NCBI GenBank assembly: GCA_963761305.1
Contig: CAVXGK010000002.1
Span: 96,001-160,000 of the forward strand
Reading direction: 5' to 3'
From: an uncultured Gemmatimonadaceae bacterium
Lineage (GTDB): Bacteria > Gemmatimonadota > Gemmatimonadetes > Gemmatimonadales > Gemmatimonadaceae
DNA length: 64,000 nucleotides
In this document: in pieces, positions 43,114-53,539 of the stretch
How positions within the stretch are numbered: position 1 is the stretch's first letter
Layout: each line of letters starts with the position of its first letter
The notes under the pieces: model-generated
The model's database searches: none
Told to the model about the DNA's origin: nothing
Seen by the model: only the letters and a program-made list of their open reading frames with translations
Made by a program: the position numbers and the translations under genes

Positions 43114-45360
43114 ATGTCCTGGCTGGACCAACTATGGCGAAGTTGCATTCGGTTCTTCGCTCGCGATCGTTACACGCGTGAGCTCGAAGAAGAAATCAAC
43201 TCGCATCTCCGGATGCGGGCTGACGAACTCCAGCACGGTGGGATGGAGCATCACGCGGCGATTAGAGCGGCCCGCACGCGATTCGGGAACGTTGCCGAGT
43301 TGACCGAACGGAGCAGGGAGTCTTGGGGCGGCGCGTGGCTCGAGCAACGGGCCCAGGACGCGAAGGTGGCCGCGCGCGGGCTTCGGCGAACGCCGGGCTT
43401 CGCGGTCGCCGCTGTGCTCACTATCGCCTCGGTGTGGCTGCCGCGACCAGCGTGATCACCGTGGCCGAAGGCGTGCTCTTCGCGCCGCTCCCCGTGATCA
43501 ACGCCGATCGCGTGGTCGTTCTCTACGGGCACAATCCGAGCAAACAGCCGGAGCATTTCCCGCTCTCGGGCGCGGAATACACCGCGTTTGCGCGCGAGAC
43601 GCGGACGCTCTCGATGACGGCGGCTGTGGAGTATCACGGCGCCGCGGTCGGGTTTCTCCATCTCGGAGACACCGTTATCACACTGCGCGGGTCGGGCGTG
43701 ACCGGCAGCTTCTTCGACGTTGTCGGCGCTCGCCCCATTCGCGGGCGGCTGCTCAAGGTCGACGACGATCGCAACATCGTTCCGACTCCAACAGTCATCA
43801 GCGAGCGTCTATGGCGACGCGCGTTTGGGAGAGACCCGGCGATCATCGGTCGAGTCATGCAACTCGGTCTGACTCGCGTGCAGATCGTTGGGGTAGCCGA
43901 CGGGCGGCTGGATTATCCCCGTGGCTCCGAGATCTGGTTCTCGTACCGATCTCGGTTCCCGATCACGGATACGCTGCCCGGTTTCCATGACGTCATCGGT
44001 AGGCTCGCGCCGGTATGACACCAAGCAATGCGCAGGAAGAGTTGGGCGCGTTTTCGCCCGGCCCGACGAGCGCATTCAGGCGCGCGTCTCTTGGCCGGCT
44101 TCCTCCAACCCGTTGCCAAACACATTCGCGATGTGATCGTCGGCGACATCTGCCCGGTGCTAGCCATCGTGGCCGCCGCAGTCGGATTGCTCCTCATCGT
44201 GACGTGCGTGAACGTCGCGAATCTGCTGCTCGTGCGCATGCTCGCTCGACGGCGCGAGTTTGCGGTGCGCGCGGCGCTGGGCGCGGGCGCCAACGCATCG
44301 CGCAATACGTCTCATGGAGTGCGCCGTGCTGTCGGCAGCAGGAGGGACGCTCGGCGTTCTGTGCGCGTGGTACCTGGTTCACATTTCGCCGCGGCCGCGC
44401 CGCCAGAAGTCCCGCGTGGGCATACGCTGGCGATGGACGGACGGGCTTTGACCGCGACGCTCGTCTCTGCGTGGTCATCACGATCTTGTAGGTTGTGTCC
44501 CGGCCATCACGAGTACCGGTGTGTCGCTGGCGAGCGACTTACAGGAGCGTCGCCAAGGCCAAGCTGCAACGAACGGTCGTTTGCGCGGTACCCTCGTCGC
44601 AACACAAATCGCGATGGCCGTAACGATGCTCGTGCAGCCATCGTCGTCGCTCGTGGCTTCGATGCGATCGCGCACGAGCGCCTCGGACTTCAGCCCGACC
44701 ATCTGATCGTCGCCCGCATCGCGCAAACGACGAGCGTCGGCGACCAGATGGCGTGGAAGACCACCGTCTTGAATGCGATGCGCGCGTACATGACCGCCCG
44801 GCGTGGCCTCGGCCACGGGTCTGACCGAGGCACCTTCTGGGACGCGGGCAACGATCTCGCCTACAGCTTGCCCGGTGACGCAGCCGGCGCGGCGACCAAC
44901 CGTCCATTCGTGGAGTTCCTGGGTGCGGATCCTGACTACTTCCGGACACTGGGCATCTACGTCGAACGAGGGCGCGTCTTCACCAGCGAGGATCGGGTCG
45001 GGGCACCGTTGGTGGCCGTGGTCGATGAACTGCTTGCGCGCCAAGCGTGGCCGGGCCGTGATCCCCTCGGTCAGCAGATCGGTGTCGGCACCCGCTACTA
45101 CACCGTGGTCGGAGTCGTGGCCCCGACGCGGTATCGCAACCTGCTCACGCCGCGCGCGACGCTCTACACGGACTACGGGCAATCGCCCGTGGCGTCGCCG
45201 GAATTCATTTCTCCGCCGTACTATGTCGCCGTGCGAAGCAACCTCGATCCGGCAAGGCTGATCCCTCAGTTAGGACGAGCGGTTCACGCGTCCGACGGCC
45301 GCTTGTTCCTCGCAGACGCCGTCACGCTGGGGATCGCATTGACGAGAACCTGGCGGTGCA
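43114..45360 (+). pseudogene. ADOP-family permease pseudogene, multiple frameshifts, 3' truncated
   Basis: ADOP motifs spread over several frames (43114..43455, 43323..44018, 44028 onward, RLRGTLVATQIA in 44521..44706); last TM domain missing. Confidence 0.85.
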
Positions 45361-45472
45361 GCGGCTCGGAGCCTTCCGCGCTCGCCACGGCGACGCCAGG
45401 CGAATCCTCTCCCACGCTGCGTCGTAGAGTCGGCGCGAGGGCCGACGTGCTCCGGCGAGGCTAGATCTCGTT

Positions 45473-48010
45473 CTAGTCGGCTCTCAACGACTCGATAGGA
45501 TCGATGCGCGCCGCACGAATGGCCGGTGGCAGCGACGCCATTAACGCAGTCGCCGCGACAAGCAACGCCGTCGACACAATGGCCACCGGGTCCGTCGCGT
45601 CGACGCCATACGCGATCGTCGCCAGTCCTCGTTGCAGGACGAGATAGCCGACTCCGCCGCTGACGACACCCGTCGCCGTCAAGATCCACGCGCCCTGCAT
45701 CACGCTGCCCAACAACTCGCGCGGCTGTGCGCCGAGCGCGAGCCGGATCGCGAGTTCCTTCCGGCGCTGGCTCGTGGCGTAACTCAACACCGCGTAGATA
45801 CCCAGCAACGCCAGCGCAAGCGAGAGCACCGCGAATCCGACGAGGAGCCACGACGCGATTTCCCGCGGGCCCGCGGAGCGAGACACCAATGTCGTCAGCG
45901 GTTCGACGCTGAACACCGCGAGCTCGGGGTCTGCATCGTGCACCGCGTGACGAATGAGCGCCGCCGCCGTTCCGAGTGGGAGATCCGTTCGTACGACGAT
46001 CGTCTGCTGGTTTTGTGTAGCAGCGACGGGGAAATAGATCGCCCCGTCGTCGAATCGTGTGCTCAGGTCGGACTGTTTCACGGCGCCGACGACGCCGACG
46101 ATGCGATATCCCGGTGCCCAGGGGCCCATGATCTTACCGACGGCGTTCTCTCCCGGAAATAGTCGCCGGGCGAGCGTTTGGTCGATCACCACACTGAATT
46201 GAAGCTGCTTCGGATAGGCGCGGACCTGGTTCTCCTGCTCCTGTCCCGTGAACCCGTGACCGGTGACAAAGGGAATCCTCATTACGCGGAAGTAATCGGC
46301 GTCGACGTCCCACAGATCGGCTGCGAGTGCGTTCCGCCGATCCGGTGTGATCTCCGACGTTACCTGCACACGGTGCATCGCAGCCTCGAGCGCGCCGCCA
46401 TATCCGAACGGCGTGATATCCACGGTGCTCGCCGCCTCGACGCCGGGCGACGCGCGCAGCTCGGCGAGGAGATGTTCATGAAGCGCCAGCGACCGTACCG
46501 CACCGGCCAGCGCCGTATCCGGATACCGCGAGAAGGGAAGCAGGATTTGCGCGGTGACAACGTGCGATGGATCGAATCCCGGTTTCACGGCGAGGAGCCG
46601 CACGACGCTGCGAACGGCGAGGGCGCAGCCGAGCGACAACATCAACGCCATCGCGATTTGTACGACGACTGCGACGCGAAGGAACCGGCTGCGTCCGACA
46701 CCCGCCGACTGTCCCCGCGAGCTGATCGCACCAAAGACGTCGCGCGGATCGGCTTTCGCCGCGCGAAGAGCCGGCCCGAGGCTGCACGCCGCGGCGGCCA
46801 ATACCATGACACCTGCCGCGCAGCCGAGAACGAACGGGTCGACGCGAATCGCCCCGAGCTCCGGCACGCGCTCCCCGACGAACCGGCCGACAGCGGCGAT
46901 CAACGCATTGGCAATGAGGAGGCCGAGCAGCCCGCCAAGGACAACCAGAGTGAGCGTCTCGTATCCGAGTTGCCGAACGATTACGCCGCGGCTGCCGCCG
47001 AGTGCCATGCGCACCGCGATCTCGCGCGCTCGTCCAGTGGTGCGGAGGAGAAGCAGGCTGCCGACGTTGGCGCAAGCGATGGCGAGAACGAGCGCCACGG
47101 CCCCGACGAGGAGAAAGAGAATCGATCGAAGCTCGCCGCTCCACGACGTCATGAAACTGCGCGCCTCGATCGGCCTCGATGGGCGCATGGTGTAGTACTG
47201 CGGCTTGCGCGCGGCCCACTCTTGCATCGACGCGGTCAGCTCGCTCTCGAGGCGCCGAAGCGTCATGTCCGGCCGCATTCGAGCGATCGTCGGAACCACC
47301 GCGCCCGCGTACAGGAACGTGTCGGACGCTCGTCGATTGAGAAAGATGTCGAGCGTCTTCGGCGTCCAGAGTTGGGCGCCGAGCGGATACTCGAATCTCG
47401 GCGGGGCGACGCCGATGATCGTGTAGCTGGAGTCGTTGAGCTCGAGCGTCCGGCCGACAGCGTGCGGATCGGCTCCGGTCAAATCGCGCCACAAACCGTA
47501 GCTCAGCACTACGACGCTGGTGGCTTCGCTCCGTTCCTCCTTGCGATCGTAAAATCTGCCGGCGAATGGGTGAATGCCGAAAACGTCGAAGAAATCTCCA
47601 GTCGTCGTGACCGCCGCGACATGTCGCGGTTCGCCGGATCCCGTGAGATTCAAGCTGACCGATCGATACCCGGCGAGCGCGGCGAACAGATCGTGGCGGT
47701 CCTCGAGCGAGAAGACCTCAGCCGCCTGGAGGCCGCCGTGGCTGTCGAGCACCGGGTTGCGGTGTCCGAGCGCAACGAGCCGATCGAGGTGTGAAACGGG
47801 AAGCGGATGGAGCAGCACCGCGTTGACCGCGGACAGGACGACCGTGCTTGCGCCGATGGCCAGGCCAAGCGTGAGCACGACTGCGAGGGAGAAGCCTGGG
47901 CTCGTCCGGAGATACCGGGCGGCGGTGCGGACCGGCTGCGAAACTGGTGCGCGCAATGGACGACCCGGCGAAGGATGGACGCGGCGAACCGTACCGACAA
48001 AGGACACCAT
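45473..48010 (-). CDS. ADOP/MacB-like duplicated ABC permease (open)
   Basis: TLGLAIGAST, ACANVGSLLL, REIAVRMALG, KELAIRLALGA, DPIESLRAD; start uncertain. Confidence 0.9.
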   Translation of the reverse strand: MVSFVGTVRRVHPSPGRPLRAPVSQPVRTAARYLRTSPGFSLAVVLTLGLAIGASTVVLSAVNAVLLHPLPVSHLDRLVALGHRNPVLDSHGGLQAAEVFSLEDRHDLFAALAGYRSVSLNLTGSGEPRHVAAVTTTGDFFDVFGIHPFAGRFYDRKEERSEATSVVVLSYGLWRDLTGADPHAVGRTLELNDSSYTIIGVAPPRFEYPLGAQLWTPKTLDIFLNRRASDTFLYAGAVVPTIARMRPDMTLRRLESELTASMQEWAARKPQYYTMRPSRPIEARSFMTSWSGELRSILFLLVGAVALVLAIACANVGSLLLLRTTGRAREIAVRMALGGSRGVIVRQLGYETLTLVVLGGLLGLLIANALIAAVGRFVGERVPELGAIRVDPFVLGCAAGVMVLAAAACSLGPALRAAKADPRDVFGAISSRGQSAGVGRSRFLRVAVVVQIAMALMLSLGCALAVRSVVRLLAVKPGFDPSHVVTAQILLPFSRYPDTALAGAVRSLALHEHLLAELRASPGVEAASTVDITPFGYGGALEAAMHRVQVTSEITPDRRNALAADLWDVDADYFRVMRIPFVTGHGFTGQEQENQVRAYPKQLQFSVVIDQTLARRLFPGENAVGKIMGPWAPGYRIVGVVGAVKQSDLSTRFDDGAIYFPVAATQNQQTIVVRTDLPLGTAAALIRHAVHDADPELAVFSVEPLTTLVSRSAGPREIASWLLVGFAVLSLALALLGIYAVLSYATSQRRKELAIRLALGAQPRELLGSVMQGAWILTATGVVSGGVGYLVLQRGLATIAYGVDATDPVAIVSTALLVAATALMASLPPAIRAARIDPIESLRAD

Positions 48011-48082
48011 CCCTCGAACCGCCCCCGACGCGTTAGTCCGCCGGTCGCGTTGCGACGTCCGCCTTCGATCCGATGGATGGCG

Positions 48083-49054
48083 TTACAGGTGCAACAGCCT
48101 CTCCGCGTTACCGTGCGCGATCCGCTCGCGATCGGCAGGGCTCACCGGCACCTGCTCGAGAAACGCGCGCGCCTGCGCCATCGACGCATACGGGTAGTCG
48201 GCCGAGAACATGATTCGGTCCACGCCGACCTGCATCAGCAGATCGACGAAGGTCGGCAGGTAGTTGAAGCCGCTGAAGGTGTAGTGCACGTTCTCGCGCA
48301 GGTACGCGCTCACCGGCCGCTCGAGCGTCGTGAGCTGCTGCTCCATGATGTCCACGCGCGACATCATGAACGGCAGTCCCTCGCCGAGGTGCCCGACGAC
48401 GACTTGGAGTCGCGGGTGCCGGTCGAACACGCCGCCGAGCACCATCCGAAGCACGTGTACCGCGGTCTCGATGTGCCAGCCCCAACCGGCATTGGCGAAC
48501 ATGTACGTCAGCTCCGGCCGGAATCCGCCGTACCACGCCTCCACCACCGGCGCCGGCGGCTGTGTCGGATGGATGTAGATCGGCACGCCCAGCGATTCAG
48601 CGGTGGCGAGGATCGGCTCGAAGCGCTGGTCGTCGAGATACTTCCCCTGCTGATGACCGTTGACGAGCAGTCCCTTGAATCGGAGCTCGCGGATCGCACG
48701 CTCGAGCTCTCCGACGGCTTGTTCGGGCGCCGCGGTCGGCACCGTCGCGAAGCCGGCGAACCGGTCGGGATGCGCCGCGATCACGCCAGCAAGAAAATCG
48801 TTCGTGTCGCGGGCGAGCGCGATCGCCTCGTCGGCATTCAACTGTTCGACGCCTGGCGAGTTGAGCGAGAGCACCTGCATGTCGATGCCTGCCGCGTCCA
48901 TCTCAGCGATCCGGCCGTTCCCGACGTCGCGGAGGCGCTCGACCACTCCCGCCAACCGGTGCCCGGGCGGGAACTGCCGCTGCATGAGCGATCGGCCCGG
49001 TCCCTCCAGAAAGGCCGGCGTTACGAAATGCTCTTCGAGGGTGATGGTGCGCAT
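48083..49054 (-). CDS. Amidohydrolase_2 family protein (aromatic acid decarboxylase-like)
   Basis: ITLEEH, IYIHP, GWGWH, GHLGEGLP, FSADYPY. Confidence 0.9.
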   Translation of the reverse strand: MRTITLEEHFVTPAFLEGPGRSLMQRQFPPGHRLAGVVERLRDVGNGRIAEMDAAGIDMQVLSLNSPGVEQLNADEAIALARDTNDFLAGVIAAHPDRFAGFATVPTAAPEQAVGELERAIRELRFKGLLVNGHQQGKYLDDQRFEPILATAESLGVPIYIHPTQPPAPVVEAWYGGFRPELTYMFANAGWGWHIETAVHVLRMVLGGVFDRHPRLQVVVGHLGEGLPFMMSRVDIMEQQLTTLERPVSAYLRENVHYTFSGFNYLPTFVDLLMQVGVDRIMFSADYPYASMAQARAFLEQVPVSPADRERIAHGNAERLLHL

Positions 49055-49061
49055 GAATCGC

Positions 49062-51749
49062 TCAGCGGTTCGCGACAGACCCGACTTCCGCCGCCCAGTT
49101 CAGGACGCTCACGAGTCGCCCCGGCGGCTGTTCGATTTGCAGCATGAGGAAACGCTGGTCGCCCGGCATCGGCTCGTACGCGTGGAAGCCGCCGTCGCGA
49201 AAATAGTCGTCCGCCTGGAACAGCCTGTCGAGCTTCACGACGGCGAAGGTCGGCAAGGTGGTCACCGTCGCAACAATGAACTCCGCGCGCGTGGTGACGA
49301 AAAACAGCTCCTTGCCGTCGTGCGACCACCGCGGCTCCAACCCGCCGTCGCGCGACACCTGCCACCGCGCGGACTCGAGATCGGGAAACGGACTGACGAA
49401 CACCTCCGGTCGTCCAGCGACGATTTTCATGTACGCCATGAAGTGACCGTCGGGCGACACCGCGAGACTGAGAGCCCCTCCCTGGCGCGACGCGAGAGCG
49501 TGCGCCGTCGTGTCCACGCCCTGGCGCAGCCCGAGAACCTCATTGGTCGTGTCGCTCGCGCCGGTGCGCATCGCGATCCATCCGTCGCGCGACGTCGCCG
49601 CCTCGACGACTTGGTGTGCGCCGACCGACACACGCCGTGCGTCGCCGGACCCGTCGGCACGCTTTTCCATCAAGCGAAAGCTCGAATCGACATGCTCCAC
49701 GAAGAAGAGCGATCGGCCGTCCGCGGACCACACGGGTCGAAAGTTGTCGCCTGCCTCGAGCGTGAACTTCGAGAACGAGCCGGCGGGCATCTCCTTCACC
49801 CAGATCTGCTCGTTCGACGGGGCGTTCACCGATACAGCGTAACGCTTGCCGTCGGGCGAGAGCGATCCCGTTCCGAGCGACCCCACCCAGGACGAGTCGA
49901 GCACGCTGGCGTTCCCCGATCGGTCGACCGACACCGGGCGGTACATCGCCTTGGCGTCGCCTTCGCGGTACATCATGTCTCCGGTTGGCGAGACCTCGAA
50001 GGCCGCCACGTGCTCGGCGACGATGCGGCCTTCGCCGCGCAGCGTCATGGAGCTCGCGTCGAACGGCGCAACCGTCAACTGTCCGCTCGCCGAAATCCAG
50101 GCGAGGTGGCCGCTCGGCAGGTAGACGGGGTTCAACCCGTCGTGAATGAGAAGTTTGGTACGCTTCGACACGAGGTCGAGCCCGTAGATCGCCGACGCCG
50201 GGCACCCCGCCGCGCAGGTTCCGACGAGCGCACTCTTTTCGCCAGGGAGCACTTCGATACGCTCGACGCCGTAGCCCGCGAACGGCGCCGACGTCACCAC
50301 GACGTCCGATGCGCCCCCATCAGCGGGAGCGGAGACGATTCGGAGTGTTCCGCCCCAGAGAATGCGCCCGTCGTGTAGCCAGACGGCTCGCCCGACGGCG
50401 CGCCCGCTGGCAGGCCCGCCCGCGGAAACCGTTGTCGCGGTGCCTCCCTCCGCGGCGATGCGCTGGAGCCCGCTCTCGGTGAAGAACCCGATGAACTTTC
50501 CGTCGGGCGACACGAACGGCGAATGCGCGTCCGTCGTGCCGCTGATCCGCGTCGCGTGCAGATCCGACCGGCGCTTGCGCCACAGTTGCGTCGTTCCTTT
50601 CGCTTCGCCGGGCCCGACGTACACCAAATCACCGTTCGGCGCGAAGGTGAAATCCCAAGTGCCGCCCGCCAGCTCTTCACTCGGCGGCTGCATGACGTAC
50701 GACCGCGCGACGACACTGTCGCCGGCGCCGCCGGGTCGTCCATGCCACGCGAACCAACCCGCAGCGACGCCGACGAGAACGCCCAGTGCCAGCCCGGCAA
50801 TGCCGATGGCACGTTGCCGCCCGCCGTTGGGAGCCGTTGCACGCACCCGCGCGGCCGTTGGACGCGCGACACTCGTCGACGAATCACCGAGTGCGTCGAT
50901 GAACGTCGTCATGTTGGCGAATCGATCAGCCGGAAGCTTTGAGAGCGCGACGAGTGTGGCGCTTTCGATGGACGCCGGAAGCATCGTGCGAATCGTCGAC
51001 GGCGGCTCCGGATCGGAGTTCAGGATCTTGGCGACGATCGCCTGGACCGTCGCCCCGGTGAACGGCGGCTCGCCGGTGAGCATTTCGTAGAGCACGGCGG
51101 CGAGTGCGTACTGATCCGTGCGTGCGTCGACCGACTTTTCGCCCATCGCTTGTTCCGGCGACATGTACTGCGGTGTGCCGAGGGACAAGCCCGTCTGCGT
51201 CATGCGCTGTCCGCCCGCCTGCTGCACGGCGAGCGCGATGCCGAAGTCCGCGACGAGCGCATGCCCGCCCTGGAGGAGAATGTTCTCCGGCTTGATGTCG
51301 CGATGCACGATCCCGTGCTCGTGGGCGTACGCGAGCGCGTCGCCGGCCTCGCGCGCAATGCGAAGTGCGTCGTCTATCGAGAGCTGCCGTTCGCGCGTGA
51401 GCCGGTCGCGCAGCGTCTCTCCTTCGACGAACGGCATGACGTAATACAGCAGTCCACGGCTCGAGCCATCCGGGTCCGTGCTGCCGGAGTCGAGCAACGG
51501 GAGGATGTGCGGATGTTGCAGCCGCGCGGTGGTCTTTATCTCGGCGAGGAATCGCTCTTGCCCGAGCGTGGCGCCGAGGTCTTCGTGGAGGACTTTGACG
51601 GCGACGTTCCGGTCGTGTCGCTCGTCGTGCGCGAGGTAGACGGTGGCCATGCCGCCCGCGCCGATCTTTCGGTCCACGCGATACCGGCCGGCGAGTGCGG
51701 CAGTGAGAGCGGCAAGCGCGGCGTCTTCAGCGCGGATAGGGGCTGTCAT
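49062..51749 (-). CDS. Hanks-type Ser/Thr kinase with TM and TolB-like beta-propeller
   Basis: GAGGMATV, VAVK, HRDIKPEN, DFG, GTPQYMSPE; SPDG repeats. Confidence 0.95.
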   Translation of the reverse strand: MTAPIRAEDAALAALTAALAGRYRVDRKIGAGGMATVYLAHDERHDRNVAVKVLHEDLGATLGQERFLAEIKTTARLQHPHILPLLDSGSTDPDGSSRGLLYYVMPFVEGETLRDRLTRERQLSIDDALRIAREAGDALAYAHEHGIVHRDIKPENILLQGGHALVADFGIALAVQQAGGQRMTQTGLSLGTPQYMSPEQAMGEKSVDARTDQYALAAVLYEMLTGEPPFTGATVQAIVAKILNSDPEPPSTIRTMLPASIESATLVALSKLPADRFANMTTFIDALGDSSTSVARPTAARVRATAPNGGRQRAIGIAGLALGVLVGVAAGWFAWHGRPGGAGDSVVARSYVMQPPSEELAGGTWDFTFAPNGDLVYVGPGEAKGTTQLWRKRRSDLHATRISGTTDAHSPFVSPDGKFIGFFTESGLQRIAAEGGTATTVSAGGPASGRAVGRAVWLHDGRILWGGTLRIVSAPADGGASDVVVTSAPFAGYGVERIEVLPGEKSALVGTCAAGCPASAIYGLDLVSKRTKLLIHDGLNPVYLPSGHLAWISASGQLTVAPFDASSMTLRGEGRIVAEHVAAFEVSPTGDMMYREGDAKAMYRPVSVDRSGNASVLDSSWVGSLGTGSLSPDGKRYAVSVNAPSNEQIWVKEMPAGSFSKFTLEAGDNFRPVWSADGRSLFFVEHVDSSFRLMEKRADGSGDARRVSVGAHQVVEAATSRDGWIAMRTGASDTTNEVLGLRQGVDTTAHALASRQGGALSLAVSPDGHFMAYMKIVAGRPEVFVSPFPDLESARWQVSRDGGLEPRWSHDGKELFFVTTRAEFIVATVTTLPTFAVVKLDRLFQADDYFRDGGFHAYEPMPGDQRFLMLQIEQPPGRLVSVLNWAAEVGSVANR

Positions 51750-52067
51750 CGCGTGGCGTATTGTACCGCGATTCGGCGCGGCGGCCAGTCTTGCGGAGAG
51801 GGGCTCGAGGCGGAGCGTATCGCGTCCCGGGGCGCGGGGTGTGGCAGGCGCGAGCTCGGCGCGAGCTGTCGAACCGGACGCTGAACGGGACGGAAGGGAG
51901 TCTTCAGTCCCGGCGATGGTCGATATGGCAGACGTCAGTCGAGCCGAAGGCGATTCGAGGCGGGACGCAGGGACCGAACCTTCGTCTGAGGCGCCCTACG
52001 TGTCGTCGCGTCGCAACTCAGTGTGTTCCGTCGCCACGTGCGCGTCGGCTGGAGCAAAGCAGATGCG

Positions 52068-52193
52068 GTCCGGAGGCGATTTCATGAGGTCCAGACGCGA
52101 CTTCATCCGGTCCGGACGCGATTTCATGAGATCCAGACGCGACGTCATTCGGTCCGGACGCGATTTCATATGGTCCGGATGCGACTTCAGCCA
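52068..52193. repeat. Degenerate 21-bp tandem array, 6 units
   Basis: Consensus GTCCRGACGCGAYTTCATNNG at 52068, 52089, 52110, 52131, 52152, 52173. Confidence 0.9.
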
Positions 52194-52270
52194 GTCCGCG
52201 GCCTTCGTGACACGGTCCGGCGGAGGCTGAACGCGGGATCGCGCGAGGCGATCGCGGAATCGTGCAAACG

Positions 52271-52417
52271 GACTCTCGGCAGACGCAGACAGACTCTCGG
52301 ACGACGGCGGGTGAATCTCGGGCGGAGGCGGATGAATCTCGGGAGGAGGCGAGCGAATCTCGTACGCGGCCGAGTGAATCTCGAACGGGGCCGAGTGAAT
52401 CTCGGATGCAGAGTCGG
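52271..52417. repeat. Second degenerate 21-bp tandem array, 7 units
   Basis: Core GA(A/C)TCTCG every 21 bp from 52271 to 52397 with variable 13-bp remainder. Confidence 0.9.
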
Positions 52418-52600
52418 TCATCCGCGACGCTTGACACGAAGAGTCGATCGCACGCGAGTTTCTCTCGGCTGCGCCAGAGTTGAATCGCGCTGAGCGCGCC
52501 TTCATGGCCGCTGGGAGCGACTTCAGGTGGATCCCTCCCGGATGAATGGCCACCCGAGCCAACGCGTTCAGGGATCGCCGCATCGCAGCCTCGTACCTCG

Positions 52601-52800
52601 CGCCTCCTACTTATTAAGTGGGAGCCGACCGCGATTTACTACCAAATGTCCTCTTTCGGCGACGCAACCTTTGCGAGCGCATGACGCTCGCATGACGATC
52701 GGCGGCCATTTTGCCGCGTAAATGAGCGTTTTCACTCGCTGCAACATTCTGTTGCGGTAGTAAAATCGCGCCGGCCCCCACTTCTATTAGTAGGGGGGCG
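52601..52800. mobile_element. MITE-like element with imperfect terminal inverted repeats of about 45 bp
   Basis: Left cgcctcctacttattaagtgggagccgaccgcgatttactacc; right reverse-complemented cgcccccctactaatagaagtgggggccggcgcgattttactacc; no transposase or clear target duplication. Confidence 0.5.
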
Positions 52801-53515
52801 AAGTCCGCGTTGGCCCGGCGCCGACAAAATGCGCGATCCAGGCGCCGATGACGTCGGAATCCACAGGCTCGTCGACTCTCGCCAGCGCGTCCTCGGCCGC
52901 CCGCTCACCGATCCGCGCGCGCCGATCCTCGATCAGCGCGCGAGCGTACGCCGCCGGGAACTCAGGATGCGCCTCGATCCCGAGGAGACGCGTGCCATGC
53001 TGGAACATCGCCACCGGACAATGCGGCGCGTCGGCGAGCAGCGTCGCTCCGTTCGGCGGCGCCGTGACCTGATCGGCGTGCATGTATTGCAGGCGCACCG
53101 CGGAGCGCGCGGGCGCCATCCAATCCTCTTTGTGTAGGATGGTCATGGGCAGCACGCCCACGCCCCACCCGCCGGCCGCTCGCTTCACCTCGGCGCCGAG
53201 CGTTCGCGCGAGGAGTTGATGCCCGAAGCAGATGCCGACGAAGGGACGATCGGAGTCGGCGACTTTCGCGATGAACTCCTCCACCGAGCGGATCCAGGCC
53301 GCGTCATCATATGCGGACGCGCGCGATCCGGTGGTGATCCACGCGTCGCACACTCGCGCATCCGCGGGCACCTGTCTCGCTTGCAGGTCGAAACGGGTGA
53401 CGCGCAAATCCGGAATGTGCGGCGACAGCAACCGCTCGAACATCTGCTGATATCCGCCCGCGACATGGCGAAAACGCTCGGCGACTTCGTCGCAGGCGAG
53501 CAGGCCGATGTGCAC
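52787..53515 (-). CDS. Class I glutamine amidotransferase-like hydrolase
   Basis: ITTGS, GICFGHQ, AHPEF triad. Confidence 0.9.
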   Translation of the reverse strand: MHIGLLACDEVAERFRHVAGGYQQMFERLLSPHIPDLRVTRFDLQARQVPADARVCDAWITTGSRASAYDDAAWIRSVEEFIAKVADSDRPFVGICFGHQLLARTLGAEVKRAAGGWGVGVLPMTILHKEDWMAPARSAVRLQYMHADQVTAPPNGATLLADAPHCPVAMFQHGTRLLGIEAHPEFPAAYARALIEDRRARIGERAAEDALARVDEPVDSDVIGAWIAHFVGAGPTRTSPPY

Positions 53516-53539
53516 TCGGTGTTGCCTCTCTCTCGAGGC

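Noticed and set aside
52068..52417. CRISPR array
   Set aside because: Period only 21 bp, no unique spacers of about 30 bp, degenerate units and no cas genes
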